The translations under genes and the position numbers were made by a program. Below the pieces are notes generated by a model. The model was not told the DNA's origin. It worked only from the letters and a program-made list of their open reading frames with translations, and ran no database searches. Below, in pieces: positions 27,230-42,143 of a stretch of 64,000 nucleotides of DNA. Each line of letters begins with the position of its first letter. Position 1 is the stretch's first letter. Source of the DNA: Tubiluchus corallicola (taxonomy: Eukaryota > Animalia > Priapulida); NCBI GenBank assembly GCA_030141605.1, contig JAQGDQ010000120.1, positions 248,001-312,000 on the forward strand. The letters are read 5' to 3'.

Positions 27230-29000
27230 ATTTTGAAAACACCGAAATAGCAATGGCGGAGGCGTTGCCATTATGAATACAATAGATTAAAGATGAGTTT
27301 GTGGAGCTTCCTAGCAACAACGACCTTGAATCCATTTTTGTTCAGGTCGATTTTACCCATCGCTTCAATGTTGTCATTAGAAATATGTATAGACCACCAA
27401 ATAGTTTCGGCATTTGAAGCCTTTTCTAACGGATTTGATGAATAATATGCAAATATGTTGTTCCAGTGGGGCAGAACTGGCTGCATAACAGGTCCTACCA
27501 GACAAAAAAGGTGCATATATTATAAACTTAAGGTTAACGGCACTGAATACATGACTGATAAAAATCTTGCAAACGCCTTCAATCACCCTTTTCGTATTGT
27601 TGTTAAGCATTTAGTTGGAAACCTGCCAGAAATTCGATTTTTTGACAGCCATGTGATAGAGGTAAATTTGTAAGACAGCCTGTGTCAGTAGAAAATGTCT
27701 GTCAACAATGAATATCTATTAAAATGTCAAAGGCTACTGGACTTGATAAAATTGATGTTAAATTACTAATAACTGGTGCTGAAGAAATTTGTTGCGCCCT
27801 AACTTATATTGGTAACTCGTCCTTTAAAACAAGAGATATGCACCAGCAAGATGTGCCTAAACAACACATTTATAAAGATCTGTATCTGTCCTTCATGCGT
27901 TTTCCAAGAAAATTGAGAATTTGATTCATGAACAACTGCATTAATACACTACAGAAAATAACTTAATTTCACATTCTCAGTTTAACTTTTGATCAACGCT
28001 TTCAATTAAAGTGCTTTGTATGAATTTATGATCAATTGTATAATGAAAATAATAACTGGTGCAGTGTTTTTAGATCTAAAGGAGGCTTTTAATGCGGTTA
28101 ATTTAAGCCTTCCACTTCAAAAGCTCGTTGATATAGATATATCCCCTCCTCTTACTTTCTAACTAGAAAACAATATTCCGTTATAAATGGCGATATCTCT
28201 GATGCACTTTATATCAAAAATGGATTTCCACAAAGTTCAGTTCAATGCAAGAATTGTTGTTTGTACTGTATGTCAAAAAGCTTACCAAAATGTTAATAAA
28301 TTACCAAAATGTGTTCCAGAATGAAATGTCTGATGTACCCTGATAATACAATTCTATTTTTCAGTAGCTCGTTGCACCAAGTAAAAGGGTTTTGAATATA
28401 TAAGTTGCCTCAGTCAATTATCTGTTAATGTATGAATAAAACGAAATCAATATTGTGTGGAATCTCGACAAAGATTAGGTGCTTTGTATGTAAATCTACT
28501 TATAAGCTGCAGTAATATGCTCTTTGAGCAAGTCAAAAAAATGAAAAATAAAATATCTGGGAAAGCAACTTAATTAAAAAATTTCAGTGGTCATGTTGAA
28601 CATATAGTCGGAAAGCTGGCATACAAACCAGCTTTATTAAAAAGGGTTAGACGCTGTTTAAATAAAAATCACCGTTTCTTTGTGCAATGGTCCATCGATT
28701 ACGCTGATACGCTTTATCATAACGAAGGAGAAACATATTTGGCAAGGTTACAAATACGTCGGAACAAAGCTGCTAGAATGGCACTTGACTGTAAAGTATG
28801 TGACATGCATGGTGTTGACATTCTGATTGCTGAAATGCTTAAACTGGCTGTCTTTGACTACTAGATGTAAACTTCACTTCTGTACATGGATGCATAAAAT
28901 TATCTTCGATGAAGCTGAAACTCATTCTAATATTTTGCCAATAGACCATAACTACAAGACTAGATCAAGACAGAAAGGGGACTATAAGTTACGTTACTTA
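27230..29000 (+). mobile_element. Decayed CR1/L2-type LINE ORF2 (endonuclease and RT remnants)
   Basis: Motifs in the expected order despite stops: RNSNGGGVAI (~27245), KATGLDKIDVKLL (27730), TGAVFLDLKEAFNAVN (~28055), GFPQSSV (~28222), YPDNTILF (~28336, YADD position), and IDYADTLY..LQIRRNKAAR (28695). Confidence 0.85.
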
Positions 29001-31089
29001 TAACTAATGTTGGTCTGTCATGCTTGCTTGACACGAATGAACTACATGTTTAACCTTTTTTTTTGAGCAACATTTTTTTTTGTTTAAGATTTATGATCAC
29101 CGTATTAATTATCTTATGCAGGATTACTGTTATCTAATGCGCAACTTCCTAATACATGATCGTGTTGTAAACAAGGCTGTGCTCACTGCTCAGTCAGGTT
29201 TATCTTGTCTAAATATTTTGCATACTGATAATAGTAATAGTAATAAAACATCCGTAAGTTTTATAGAACATATTGCAACGTTTCATACTTATCCATTACT
29301 GTCTCCTAATTCAATTTGATCCTTTTTATTGGCAAGTTTTCGGCGCTAAGACATGTTTTTGCGGCTCACAGGGTGGTGGTTGTCTCAGACATCAATAACG
29401 TTTGTGATTAGTTGCAGCAAAACTTAGGGGCTATTGAATCTAACACGCATTGCATTATTGAGGGAGTGAATTCCTCTAGCCTATATAGTTCCTTATGCAG
29501 TTGGTTTCACAATAAATATATAATTTTATATAGAATTTTACGTTGCCAGCATTATGACCTTTTGGGGCCCGTAGCTTAATGAAATTATGGGCTCACCCAC
29601 ACCAGTCTTCAATATATTTTTTACTCGTGATATTTTAGCAACATTTACTTAGCTTGAAGTAAAGTTATTGAAAATTCTTTGAATATGCTAGAATAGCTAT
29701 GTTTTGTTTGCCAATAAAAATATTCTTTACGAATATCACTATTTTACTATTTATTGCAAACCAAATTAGTACATATTTCAACACAGCCATAGAAAAAAAA
29801 ACGGATTTTTACCGTGTGTTACCAAAGCTTGAGGTATTTCCTGATCTTAAATGAGGAGCCACTTTAAAATTGTATTTCAGCCTTCCTGGCCTCCTTTTTT
29901 ATAGTTGAAATTCTATTTTAAGTTATATGAACTATTCAGCAATGCAAAGTATGGCCTCCGAGCTTATGGGCTCTAGGTTGTAGCTTACAGGATAATCTAG
30001 CCCTGATCACGACATTAATTATGAATAGAACCATTCATTATTCATTTTTTCGCTTACGAAAGTTCGAAGCGCATCCTAGCTTTCTCCGATTAGCGAGCTA
30101 ACACACCCGTTTTTGATTTTGATTTAACATTTTATTTCAAACTTCACAAAGTTCATATACACATCACAAAATAATACACATCATGCAATAAATTATGGCT
30201 CGCAATGATAACAAAAATAATAATTAACGATATAACAAACTGCGCCAATGAAGCCTAATTATAGAAGAAAAGTTTATATCACTGTTTAAAATGCTCTTGC
30301 AAATAATTTTTTTCTCTTATTCAGCCTGACGTGTCCACATTTTCTGTGAATCCCATCAAAATAAATAAGATTAACTCTAGTAGAAATATATCTGGGGCTC
30401 GTATCGTATGGAAAGTTAAACAGGTTCCGTGCTGATACATTTATACGCAATTATATTACCCATTATACGCAACCCTGAGTTTCTTAAGATTGCAAGAATA
30501 AAAATGTCTCCAAGTGGATGTACAATAAAAAGTAATTCAGTAAGCATTAAACAATAATCTCTTCACGTTAACAGAACAGTGAGAAAATTTCGTGAGTAAT
30601 TTATTAGCTCGTAAGACATTTGCCATTATAGTACCAGAAGTGAAATTGCAAACCAAATTGCAATTCTAGCTTTCGAATGTGACACAAACAAAATGCCATT
30701 ATAGAATATTACATCCTAAAATAGGCTGCATGAGGATAAAAGTTTAAACTGCAAATGCAAACAGGTAAGGAAATTAGTTAATTATGGCCTTAGACAATTT
30801 AATGTAGAATTAAAGAGTTGAGCGGATTTTGATGCACTCTGTGGAGTGTTCAGCTAGATTTTAACCCTGTGGACTTTTGACACAATTAATAATTATCCGA
30901 TTGGCAGCGAGAATTATACTATAAATACCTAGATGAAAAAACTGATTTATGTAGCTCTAATTGTGCAAACATGTGATAATTTTTCTGCGTGATTATCTTG
31001 GTGCGATATAATTTAAATTTGTTGCCACCGCCACTGTTGTTGTCACCACTATCATGCCTACCACCATCACCACTGCTACAATACGATCT

Positions 31090-31149
31090 CAATGATGATA
31101 ATGATGCTAATGATGATGATGGTGATGATAATGATGATGATGATGATGA
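31090..31149. repeat. (GAT)n microsatellite
   Basis: gatgatgat run with interruptions. Confidence 0.85.
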
Positions 31150-32207
31150 GCCAAATAAAATTTACAAATTTTGTAACTTCGGTAAAACAACTCGTGTGAA
31201 AAAGAATTGATTTGCACACTTGAAAAGCACACTTGATGTATGCAGTTGTGGCGTTTAGAGACTAAGCCTGTTTCTGTCAAATACGATTACAACGGATTTA
31301 ACAAGGGGCGATGATTGTGTAACGATACAGGTGTCCTTATTCGGTCAATTGTCACAATTTTCAGGTCACAGACGAAATACGAAAGTCGCAAACGAAAAGG
31401 AAGCAGGTCGCGCAATTAAATTATTATGAATCACATTCACTTACACATTCCAACATTGGGAGCGCATTTACTGGGACATAGCCAGCCCCGAAGGTACAAA
31501 TCTTACTATAATCTTATGACTGTGACTTGTCATAAAACTCCATATGTCCTAATACTTGCATAATAAGTGGGTACTTTCCACTTACTTTCAGTCACATACC
31601 GACACTGTGTCAAATTTTAAGTCAATTAAGCTTTAAATTACTTAAACTTGTCTTAGTGCCAGGGGTAGGCCACTTAAACGGATTATATGGTCTAGGTCAT
31701 ACGCAATTATTTATTCAAGTATTGGCTCATTTTATTGTATAAGCTTAACAGACAACTGTCAAAACAAACATGATATTATTCCTTTTTGTTTTTTGCCAAA
31801 AGCTCACTGAATTAATCTGTGTGCCTTGATTCTTATCTAATCGTCAGTTAAGACGAATGTAAAGGTGTCTACGGTGCACTGTCGTAGTGTGCTTTACACA
31901 CATAAATTGATACACGCTTTTACTTCTTAGTTTACTTATCACTTTATTTATCAAAGCCTTTCCTTTTTGCATGTTTTGAGTGTACCAGTTCAAAAGCCTC
32001 GCCAGCATTGTTCCAAGTCTAAAAGGTATACTTTGCAATTTTGGACCCACTCTTAAACCTAAGGTGGATTAATGTGTAATTATGATAACGATAGCACTGT
32101 TCAAGGTGCAAAGTTAACACAAGAATGACAAGAGGCACCCAGACGTTATATAGAAATAAGTTTGATATAGAGAATTAACATAACGTACATAGTCATAGAG
32201 TCATAGG

Positions 32208-33822
32208 ATGTCTTCCGGTTCATTTTCTCTAACTAGCGCTCGTCAAAAAGCTGGTGAGCCTGAAGTGCCAGTAAAAGAACAAGCAGATGACAAAAGAGAT
32301 AACTTTAATCGAAATGCTATTGTCATTACATCTATAGCCATTATTGCGTTTGGCGTAACAGCTGGGGTTTTAGGCTGGCATTACGGGAAGTCAGACAGTG
32401 TGGTGATGGAACTGACTACCCCAACACCCACCACAGCTCCTCCCGGGGAGATCTTAAAAGTGGGCGAACTTTCGTTTGATACACAGTCAAACATCTTGAC
32501 TTTGGAGAGACAGTCTCAAGTGAAATTGAAAGCAGAACTAGGAACTGATCTCGGCGTCGGAACACGGTGTTCCGAATCTGGCGAAAATGTGCTGTGTGTT
32601 AACTGGAAGTACAAAGACGTAACATTGTCTATTACGCACCAAACATATAACAATCGCTATAAGTTTGAATGGGTATCGACAGTAGGTACTGAACGTTTGG
32701 AAGATTGCTACGATTTGACATACGGTTACTGGTATGGTGGTGCGCAAATGTTTCGTCAACGATGGCCCATTAACGACATGCGACAAAGACTTCGACCGTT
32801 CGTTACGAGTGACGTCTATCGACAGGATTTTGGAAACGTCCAGGAGAGGTACTGGTTGTCATCTAATGCATTTGCCTTGTTTTTCGAAGCTGACATACCA
32901 CTTTGGGTCAGCATGAACATAGATGGACAGTCAAGAATTTGCTATGTTGCCTATAAAGACGACTACCCATACAATCAGTTTAATTATGACACTCTGAAGC
33001 TTTCGTACACTTTATTTACCGGTAGTGATATAAAAGACACGCACTTGACTGTCGCCGATGAAATGCTGAGTAAACCTACAGATATTCCGGACACGGGTAT
33101 GTTTACCTATCCAATATGGTCCACCTGGGCCATGTATAAAAAAACTGTTAATGAAACGCTAGTGCTGGAATATGCAGATAACATTAAACAGTATGACTTT
33201 CCATATTCTCATATTGAAATTGATGATGAGTGGTCCACAGAATACGGTAATTTCGAATTCGACTCTGCAAAATTTCCAGATCCTCCTGGCTTGATGAGGC
33301 AGCTGAATGATAAAGGGTTCAAGGTCACACTCTGGATTCACCCATTTGCTAACTTGGCATCTGAAGCATTTTTGGAAGGCTTGGAGGATAACCACTGGGT
33401 GACTGATTCAGGTGGTGACGTCACAGCATTGACCAACTGGTGGAATGGTCAAGGTGCTGCGCTGGACACAACAAATCAGGAAGCCGTGGAATATTTTCTA
33501 GATAAACTAATTACATTCCGAGACGAAAATGGCTTTGACTCGTATAAATTCGACGCAGGGGAGACAAACTGGCTTCCAAAGACATTCCGTCTGAATGCTT
33601 CTTTTCCAGACGAATTCACTACCAAATACGTGGAAATCGTGTCACAACTGGGAAAGATGATCGAAGTAAGGGCAGGCACGAGGACGCAGCACCTTCCTAT
33701 ATTCACTCGCATTATGGACAAAGGATCAACATGGAGCTACGTAAATGGGCTGAAGACAGTAATACCATGTGCTCTTACGTTTGGTTTGTTGGGATACCCC
33801 TTTGTGCTCCCAGATATGATAG
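32208..33822 (+). CDS. MYORG: GH31 glycosidase, myogenesis-regulating glycosidase-like, exon 1
   Basis: N-terminal TM segment (AIVITSIAIIAFGVTAGVLGW). Contains WYGG, ERYWLSS, PIWSTWA, IEIDDEW, WWNG, nucleophile motif KFDAGE and LPDMIG. Donor G|GTAAG at 33823, phase 1. Confidence 0.93.
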
Positions 33823-33971
33823 GTAAGCTAGGAACTGACAGTATATTGAATATTGACAATACAGTTATAATTTACAAGCAATTTTTGTTTTGAATACTTA
33901 TGAGATAGCTTATATTAAATCATTTTAACTGGCGCACGTAATACGGGAATAATATGTATAATATAATATAG

Positions 33972-34205
33972 GTGGAAATGCGTACAGTATACTTGACGGA
34001 CTCGAAGGTAGCAGGTACCCCAGTATGCAGTTGTTTGAACGTTGGACGCAAGTAAATGCGCTTTTGCCATCAATGCAATTCTCCGTGGTACCGTGGCATT
34101 TAGAATACGATAATACAACAATAGAAATTGCGAAAAACATGGTAGAGCTGCATATTGAAAACTCACCCTTAATAATTGACTTGGCCAGGAATGCGACCGT
34201 AACAG
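33972..34205 (+). CDS. MYORG: MYORG-like GH31 glycosidase, exon 2
   Basis: AG|GT GGA AAT GCG TAC completes PDMIGGNAY and continues LFERWTQVNALLPSMQFSVVPW. 234 nt, phase 1-1, donor G|GTGAG at 34206. Confidence 0.92.
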
Positions 34206-34294
34206 GTGAGACTTTGTGATAATAATATTATTAAAAACCACAAATTTCAATACCGATGGTAACTGCAATAACTATAGATGTTCAAACGGGCAAT

Positions 34295-34404
34295 GGCGCG
34301 TTCAGACGTAGGGACTTCTCTCGCAACTTGTGTCTGAGAGTAAAGTTACCAAGCCGTTCACAGGTGCAATAAGTTGCGAGAGAAGTCTCTACACTGAGCG
34401 CGCC
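34295..34404. mobile_element. 110-bp palindromic MITE (PIF/Harbinger-like) in MYORG intron 2
   Basis: Left arm ggcgcgttcagacgtagggacttctctcgcaactt pairs with right arm aagttgcgagagaagtctctacactgagcgcgcc. Confidence 0.8.
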
Positions 34405-34734
34405 GTAATGGATAACTATTCACGATTTGTAGAAACTCAGGTATTTTTACAGGGACTATATAACCTTTAAAACATATCCGCATAACAGCTATACAAACGA
34501 TAAGCAGCTGCTGTTACATCAGTGTTGTTCTGTTGCACAGAAGTATTAAAGATGATGAATGATGATTGTGATGACGACGATAATGAAATTGGTGCTGCTA
34601 ATGGAAAAAGATGCGGTAACAAGTCCACTGAAATTTTATTTATTGATTGTGCTAAAAAGTACATCAGAATAACAACATTTTCAGCTGGTAGCCTTTTTAG
34701 TATGTTGCAACGTTTTAACAAATCTTTTCGTCAG

Positions 34735-35003
34735 GTATGCCTATCATTAGACCAATGTGGTGGATTGCACCTACAGATGAAGCTACATACACCATTGACG
34801 ACCAGTTCCTAGTTGGTGACGACATCATTGTAGCTCCCATCTTGGACAGGTCATTATTAGATGGAAGAGCAAAGAGAGACATTTATCTACCAGCTGGAAA
34901 CTGGACGGACAAATTAAGCGGGGAAAAGCACACAGGACCCAAGATCTTGAAAGATTTTTGGGTGAAGCGTGAAGAATTAGCTTATTTTATTAGGACATCA
35001 TGA
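34735..35003 (+). CDS. MYORG: MYORG-like GH31 glycosidase, exon 3 (spliced CDS 2118 nt, 705 aa)
   Basis: ttttcgtcAG|GT ATG CCT gives GMPIIRPMWW..DDQFLVGDDIIVAPIL..RDIYLPAGNW, the typical GH31 C-terminal motifs. TGA at 35001-35003. Confidence 0.93.
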
Positions 35004-35716
35004 CAAAACAATGATGGCTGGTGTAAATCCTGGGTTAAAATGGAGCTACTTAGTTTTTACATATTACAATGAAAATATAGAGGTTGCAGACCCATAAGCA
35101 TCCCCACCAGCGTTTTGACTTATCAATTTATGTATTTTCTGCAAAAGTCAAAATTATTTAGTGCACCATAAATTTTTACCAAATAATGTTGTTTAATGAA
35201 GAAAATTTAACATCGAGATAAAAAAACTGTTATTTTAACTTCAGTTAAAGTGACTTTTATATTTGTGTGGAAAGTCAGTAATTACAAGGTTATACATACA
35301 AAAAAAGAAAATAACTCGTTTCATTTTGTTTTGTTCATGCATTTCGTTTTTTTTGCAAAATGTGCAATAGAAGTTCAATTGAATTCATTCAGTTTGTTTA
35401 AATGTAATATACCGTGACTTTTTGAGTTGTTCTAGTTAAAATATCTCTGGTTATTTTTTTTAAACAATTAGCTTAATCTGATTGTGCATGTCGCGCAAAC
35501 CCTTGGATTTACATTATGGATATCTAACCTATTTTAAAATTCACATATGGAAGTCAGTTTATGCTTTATACATTGACTTTCACTACTTTGTAACACCATA
35601 TAAACATAAAAAGCCCGAAATTATTCTTTTGTTGCTACCGTACTCCCTTGGGGACCCCCGTGTTCTTCTAAAGCTAAATGAGTGAACATATTAATGCGGA
35701 AGACATTTTTCAATGT

Positions 35717-35887
<171 letters not shown>

Positions 35888-38800
35888 AAATATTCACACC
35901 TTGTGAAAACTACCGATTTTTATTGTGACCTCGGTATACCTTTTTTGGACAAGTAGTTCTGTTAACTCGGGCAAACCAGATTTCGGGTACGGCGGCGCCT
36001 CTAAAATCTTCTATTAACGATCTGTTTGTAGAGACGTAAAACATACACACAGGACATTCGCTCTCTTCCCATATGTATTAGCGAGAGAATAGTTTTTTCT
36101 TAAGAGACGAATGAGTGTGAAGCCAGAAGTTTGTTTTGGCTGGTTTATTTCATGTGGTTTTTATGTGGATGTTGTTTTTACATTTTGTAATGTGTTACGT
36201 CTGATCTTGCTCTTACGCTGGTATTTTGTTTAAAATGACCGTATATTACTCTTGTAAACATGTTTTCACTCAATAAATCGACTAATTGATTGATTACTAT
36301 TTATTTTAGCATAATAAAGCGACAAAAAATACTGCTAAAATTTATGAAAAGATAAAATCTACACGAAAAATACTGAAATTGCTATATAACACAATAAGTT
36401 CATAGCATTAAAAAATCTCCATGCCATCACGAAGTTAAAACAGTATTCCACAATTAAAAAAATTTAAATTTAAAATATACGTCTGAATTCACAATAGGGT
36501 GCAAAAAATTACTTTCGAAGTTAAAAGCTCGCTGCCTTAGACTATATAGTAGAATTTTCTTCTCAAGTGCAAGAAGTGCAGTAGACCAAGGTTAACACAC
36601 ATGGTAAATGTATTGCAATCAAACTCAAGCGAAATAGTTTACGAAAGTCGTTATTATAAACAATTCTTAGTCTGTTTAACGCATCATTACTGAAATTATT
36701 CCAAAGCGACAAGACATAACATTTGATTTGTACAATAACTTTTAGACAAAGTAACGTTATATGAGCAGCATCAGAATTATCTAATGACCAAGTTTTGCAC
36801 GAATATTAAATAATCTTGTCTGGTTTTCAATGTCGCTAGTCAGTATTCATCTGTGTCAGTGCGCAAGTATCTTCCCGCAAGGTTCGTGATAACCCTTTGC
36901 ATCTGCGCGCTAACACGAGTTAAAACTCAATCATCACTGCAGCTTATAATAACATTATAATTAGGCATGTTTTATTTATCGTTAATGAAATTTGAAATTT
37001 TAATAGTCTAGAATTTGCTTAATTATAATGACCTATTTTTTCATTTTAAATATTCTTGCCTATTTTTTTCCTTGCCAATGATAGCAACAACGGTGGCAGT
37101 AATAGGGCTTTAGATGGCGCTGCTACACCATTTGCCACCTCTATTGCATGCAGTCAACCATAATGGTTTTGCCTGTGTCAGCATAAAAGGCTGTTATGAC
37201 CATTTTTGTTTTTATTGTTGGGCTCATTATTGTTCCTGCTGTTGCAAATTATATAATATATAAATTACATGCATAAATACAAAGTCATCACACATAAATA
37301 TGACGAGTGTAAATTCAACACAACCGTGTAACACTGCGGAAAAAATTAAACATTAAAAGAATTTGCACTTACGGTATAAGAAGAATATCATCTGCATAAC
37401 AAATGATTTAAATTAACTTAAGTTTAATTTAGTTTTTATTTCATACTTTTACCTATAGAATAAGTACGCGATTAAGCGATCTAAAGCGAGGCACAAAAAA
37501 CCACCACCAACAGTTGAAAGTGTCATATAACTTGATTTTATAAACTGTTATAACTAATGTTTACACTTAACTTTTTTTGAAAAAAATTCTGAAATTTGTG
37601 TAGCCTATTCAGTTTTAATTCAACGCTTATGGTTAAGCTAATATTAATAATACATATCAACATAGTAAAAGAGCACAATAATCAAACCAGGTTTACATAA
37701 TAGTTGGTGAACATAATAAATTACACTAAGAAGATTAAAGTTGGAAATTCTACTACGCATTAAAAGTCATTGTAAAACTAGAAACAAGGCTATACAGTAT
37801 ATCATAACAATTCATAATTAGAAAATACGTCTAATTTCTTATTATTGGTGTCAACTATAACTTTTTAATAAAATTTTGACGAGTCTGACTTTTTCACAAG
37901 TACAATAAGTATAAATGTCTAATAAGAAGACAATTATGTGTAATTTACACAGAGAACGTAAATTATCAATTTGCAAATACATTTTAGCTTGTGCGACTTT
38001 GACAGTATTTATATTTACGTTTAAAAATCTCAATACTGTAATTAAAATATAGTGCCATTTATTTAGGGCAAACTGATTTCAATTAATGTATACGGGACGC
38101 GTTTTTCTAATTTCAAAAACTGAAAGAAAGCAGATTTGTTTTTCTAAATAACGACGGATTTTAATGTTGGTATCTGCAAGCTTTCAACGCTGTTCAAATA
38201 CAAAGTCGGCATCTTGACACGATTAGCGTCAGCGCATGCTCGTGACGTCAGTGAAACTTGGCATTTTCGTCATTGGAAGCCTCGTCGGAGCGTAGAATAC
38301 AAACTTTTCACGAAACAGACAATACTTATGACAGCTTTGTTAAACTGTTATAACAGATTCCGGCAGCGGTGCCTTTGGTACATTTGAGTGACCACTCTGC
38401 TTTTCCTAAATATCGAAATAATATCTGGCCGAAAGAAAGTAAAGATGTTTGGGGTGCACATCAAGTAATATCAGCATTGAATCATCCAGTCCTGTCATTA
38501 TTCTGCATTCCGATGTGCTCAAATGTTAAATTTTCGTCGGCTTGTCCAGCTTTCTTCAAATTTGGTTAAAAGAGCGTGGCAGTAGTGAGGTTACATTCAC
38601 ACATCAAAATTCTAGGTAACAGTAAACACTGAACAGTTTGATGAAACCTTTTGTTTCAAACACTTAATAGGAGAGAGTAGAATAGTTCACCCGCATCACA
38701 AATTCACAATAACAGTCGACAAGCAATAATTATAGCAAATTACATTATGGAACCTCGCTTTTTAAAAGTAACAGTTTTCATCATCTACGTTCACTTTGGA

Positions 38801-40630
38801 CGACAAGGAGAAAGTGAGAAACAGAGTTGAACAAACTGTTAAGACTGACAAATTTTTTCAGGTTGGGCAAAAAATACGCTCATTTTTCGGAGCATGAACT
38901 TAAACCTGTGCACCACTTTCATCGGATTTGTTAAGATAATAAATACATAACGTTCTGAGAGAACTTCAGAAATCTGGGCCAGCTGATAATAAATTAAAGA
39001 CGAGTTTAGTTTTACGGCTTTCGTCAAGCGCCTCCACGCGATTGAAAAAACGACGAAACATAGACTTTTACAGCGGCAATAACAATAACAGTCAGTTGCG
39101 TAACAAGAAAAACAAATCTGCCATGTTTTCAATAAAAAGCAGCCGTAAGTCAAAACTTCCAGACGCCAACATTTAATTTACATTTTTTCTTGTAACACTT
39201 TTGGCTAATAAAGGCTTAGTTAAACAGCTGTTTTTTATTTGATACGGTCAAGATTTGTGTAAGTATAAAGCTTACATCTGACAATTGCTGTGTCTTTTTC
39301 AATGATAGCGGAAACTAAAGGCATATGCATATTAATTGATTCCGTTCGGAAGCAGCAATGGTGCCGGAAAAAAGCTATAGTCGGTTCGCATGGCGGACCG
39401 CAAACTATTTGCTGTCGCCGCTGTTACCCAAACCACACAAGACGATATCTACACTTACGTAGAAGTATACTAATAATAATATAAGTTTGTTTATCATTAC
39501 AACCATGAAAGGTTGAAATATAGCACAATACATCATGAGTATATTATTCAAGGCAACGACGAGCCAATTAATCGCACAGTGTTGGTTATGTGCTGACCTA
39601 GCAAAGCACAACATAGTGATATTTACCAAACTACCTCACTTCCCCTAATGCCCATAAAATGTATTCAGATTACCGTTATCGTTACATGTGAAAAACTGAC
39701 ATATTTTTTTATAAAAAGATTGCATTAGTCACTACAGATTGCAATTACTCAGACTGCGGTTACTATAAAGGTGACTACGCATTAAACACATTGTTGGAGT
39801 AGATAACACTCTCTGTAGTATTGAATGTACTGCGCTATAGTTATTGTGTAAACATGCATCACCAGCTCATTTGCCTTCTTAAATATAAACGGTTAACAGT
39901 AAGCCGGAAGCATTCAGCGGCAGAGCCTACAAAATACGCATGGTTGTGGCAAGACCGTAAATTTTTTCTTATAAAAGCAGCCCCTTCGTTTAAAGTAAAA
40001 CCAACTCTCTGTTCTAGTGGCGTGTTCCACTGCTGTGTAAAAATTAAGTCGTCGGATTAAGTAGCAACAACTTTAAAGTGCTTATGTAACTTCAATCCAC
40101 AGGATTATGTACCTCAAAATGCTTAAGTACTGCACATTATTTATAATAACACACTAGCACAGATTTCTGCGAGGCTGCGAGCATGCCGTAGCTGCCGGGC
40201 GAGTTAATTAGTTTATAGAGTTCGTGTTAAAATTATTATTCTGTTATTTTGTCGGGACACCATCAGTAATTGCTTTTGATTACATAGTGGGTAACGAATT
40301 CATTAAAAAGCAAAAAAATGTATTAATAACCTCTACTTTAACGTTTTGGATTGTTCATAGCTGATAACAGTAACTGCAGCTCCAAAAGAATAGACCATGT
40401 TTGCTCAGGCACGTGGCGGGATAACTTAATATTGCACATTACCTGGATGATGATATTTTCCGTTCAAAATGAACGAACTCAAGCTTGAAGTGATCCCGAT
40501 TTTAAATTGATTTTACCAATTACAAGAGGCGCTTATCACAATTTTAGTGCTGAAAGTTGAAACTTTTACATTTTTATCAAATATAAAAATAAGATCTTCC
40601 CAAGAGACTTGGCTTTTACCTTAAGGCTCT

Positions 40631-40752
40631 GAACCAATAGAGTTGAGGCACTAAACCAACAGAGATAAGGCACAGAACCAACAGAGCCGAGGCTTTGATC
40701 CAAGAGTGTTAAGGCATGATCCAACAGAATTGAGGCACTGAATCGACAGGGG
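40631..40752. repeat. Degenerate ~22-bp minisatellite, 5 to 6 units
   Basis: Units: gaaccaatagagttgaggcact, aaaccaacagagataaggcaca, gaaccaacagagccgaggcttt, gatccaagagtgttaaggcat, gatccaacagaattgaggcact. Confidence 0.85.
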
Positions 40753-42143
40753 TGTCTTAGTCACGCTCGAATGTGAATGCATCCTTTGCGGCTTATTTGG
40801 TATACGTTCATCATCTCTATCCCCGAGATTTTATTCCAGTTGCGCAAATGAAGATCTGATTGATTGAAAACTGTTGTACACCCGATTTGTTAAACACAAA
40901 ATAATGTAAAAACAACATGACGACAGTAATAATTAACAACCTCATGCGGGGTTAGTGAAGTTTTCACATCTTGCGAGAAAAGATAAGGAAACTTTATTCC
41001 AGCATGGAAAAAATAACAAGCTACTCGTTTAAAAGAAATAATCACCACCTTTACAAACAAATTTAGACGTATAACACTAATATCAGCTGGTGATAGACGC
41101 ACCAGGGTGCTCAAATAATGCATTGCAGCGCTGAACTGTTTTGAGAGTGTTGAGAATTCGCAAACTGGTAAAAATATGCCGCACAAATAATAAGAAAGAA
41201 ATAATGATGAACAATCCATGTTGGACTACATCTGACCTCAACCGTACCGAAAATTGGCTAGAGTTGTGTCTGATACATACAGCCGGAAGTCTGATTCAGG
41301 ATTTAGCTCAGGTAAGAGCTGCAATCTAATATCTCTACACTATTGAACGTAATGGTTTAGCACAAAGTTGCACGAAAATACAGCAGTGGTGCAAACAGTT
41401 TATTATCTATAGCCAATTACATCATCCACTTTTCAGTAGTTTTCAGTAACAGCACATTTGAATCTCATTTGACTTTTACCCAAAGCAAGATAACCGCAAA
41501 TCCCTCCATCTTACTATGTAACTTCACTCACAGGTCACTAATGTTGTCACTTGCAGGCGGCTTAAGCCAACTACTGCATAAAAATTTCATAATATATAAT
41601 ACAAAACACAATATAGGAAATCTAACAACATGTAATAGAAACTTAAAAATGCAAATCTAATTCTTCAAACTATTTTTATTATATATAATGGAGCGTCAAT
41701 TTCATATATACTTTGTGCATATGGAAATGAAATGAGAGCAAAGAAAGCATGAAAAATGGTTGTCATGATCCTAACAGAGTAATCTCCTTGTTTTTTTGCC
41801 TAATTGCACTGTTTCACATCTAAGCATTCGCAAAATTAAAGATAGGCATTTAATTTAAATTTGGATAAATAAGAATTATTTGTACATAATTAAGTCATGT
41901 TCCCAGTCTTAAACTGCTTTACAAACAATTCTATGTTGAAATCAAAGACAAGTAAAAGTCAGATGCCAGTTGCGCTACTTTGGAAACACGTTACAAGGTT
42001 AATTCAAAATCCAAAGGAAATTATAACATCCCGCTTTTTCACAGTTTCTCAGTTTCTCAGCAACAAATATTATTCTACATCAGCTACTGATATTTAATTT
42101 ACAGAAATTCACAATATTAGATAGACCTATTTTAGTGCCATAG

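Noticed and set aside
33823-33893. C-terminus of the 561-aa ORF (KLGTDSIL...QFLF) as the true MYORG end
   Set aside because: Read-through into intron 1. The conserved PDMIGGNAY motif is restored only by splicing to 33972.
40631-40752. CRISPR-like periodic repeat
   Set aside because: Units are contiguous with no unique spacers, the context is eukaryotic, and there are no cas genes. It is a minisatellite.
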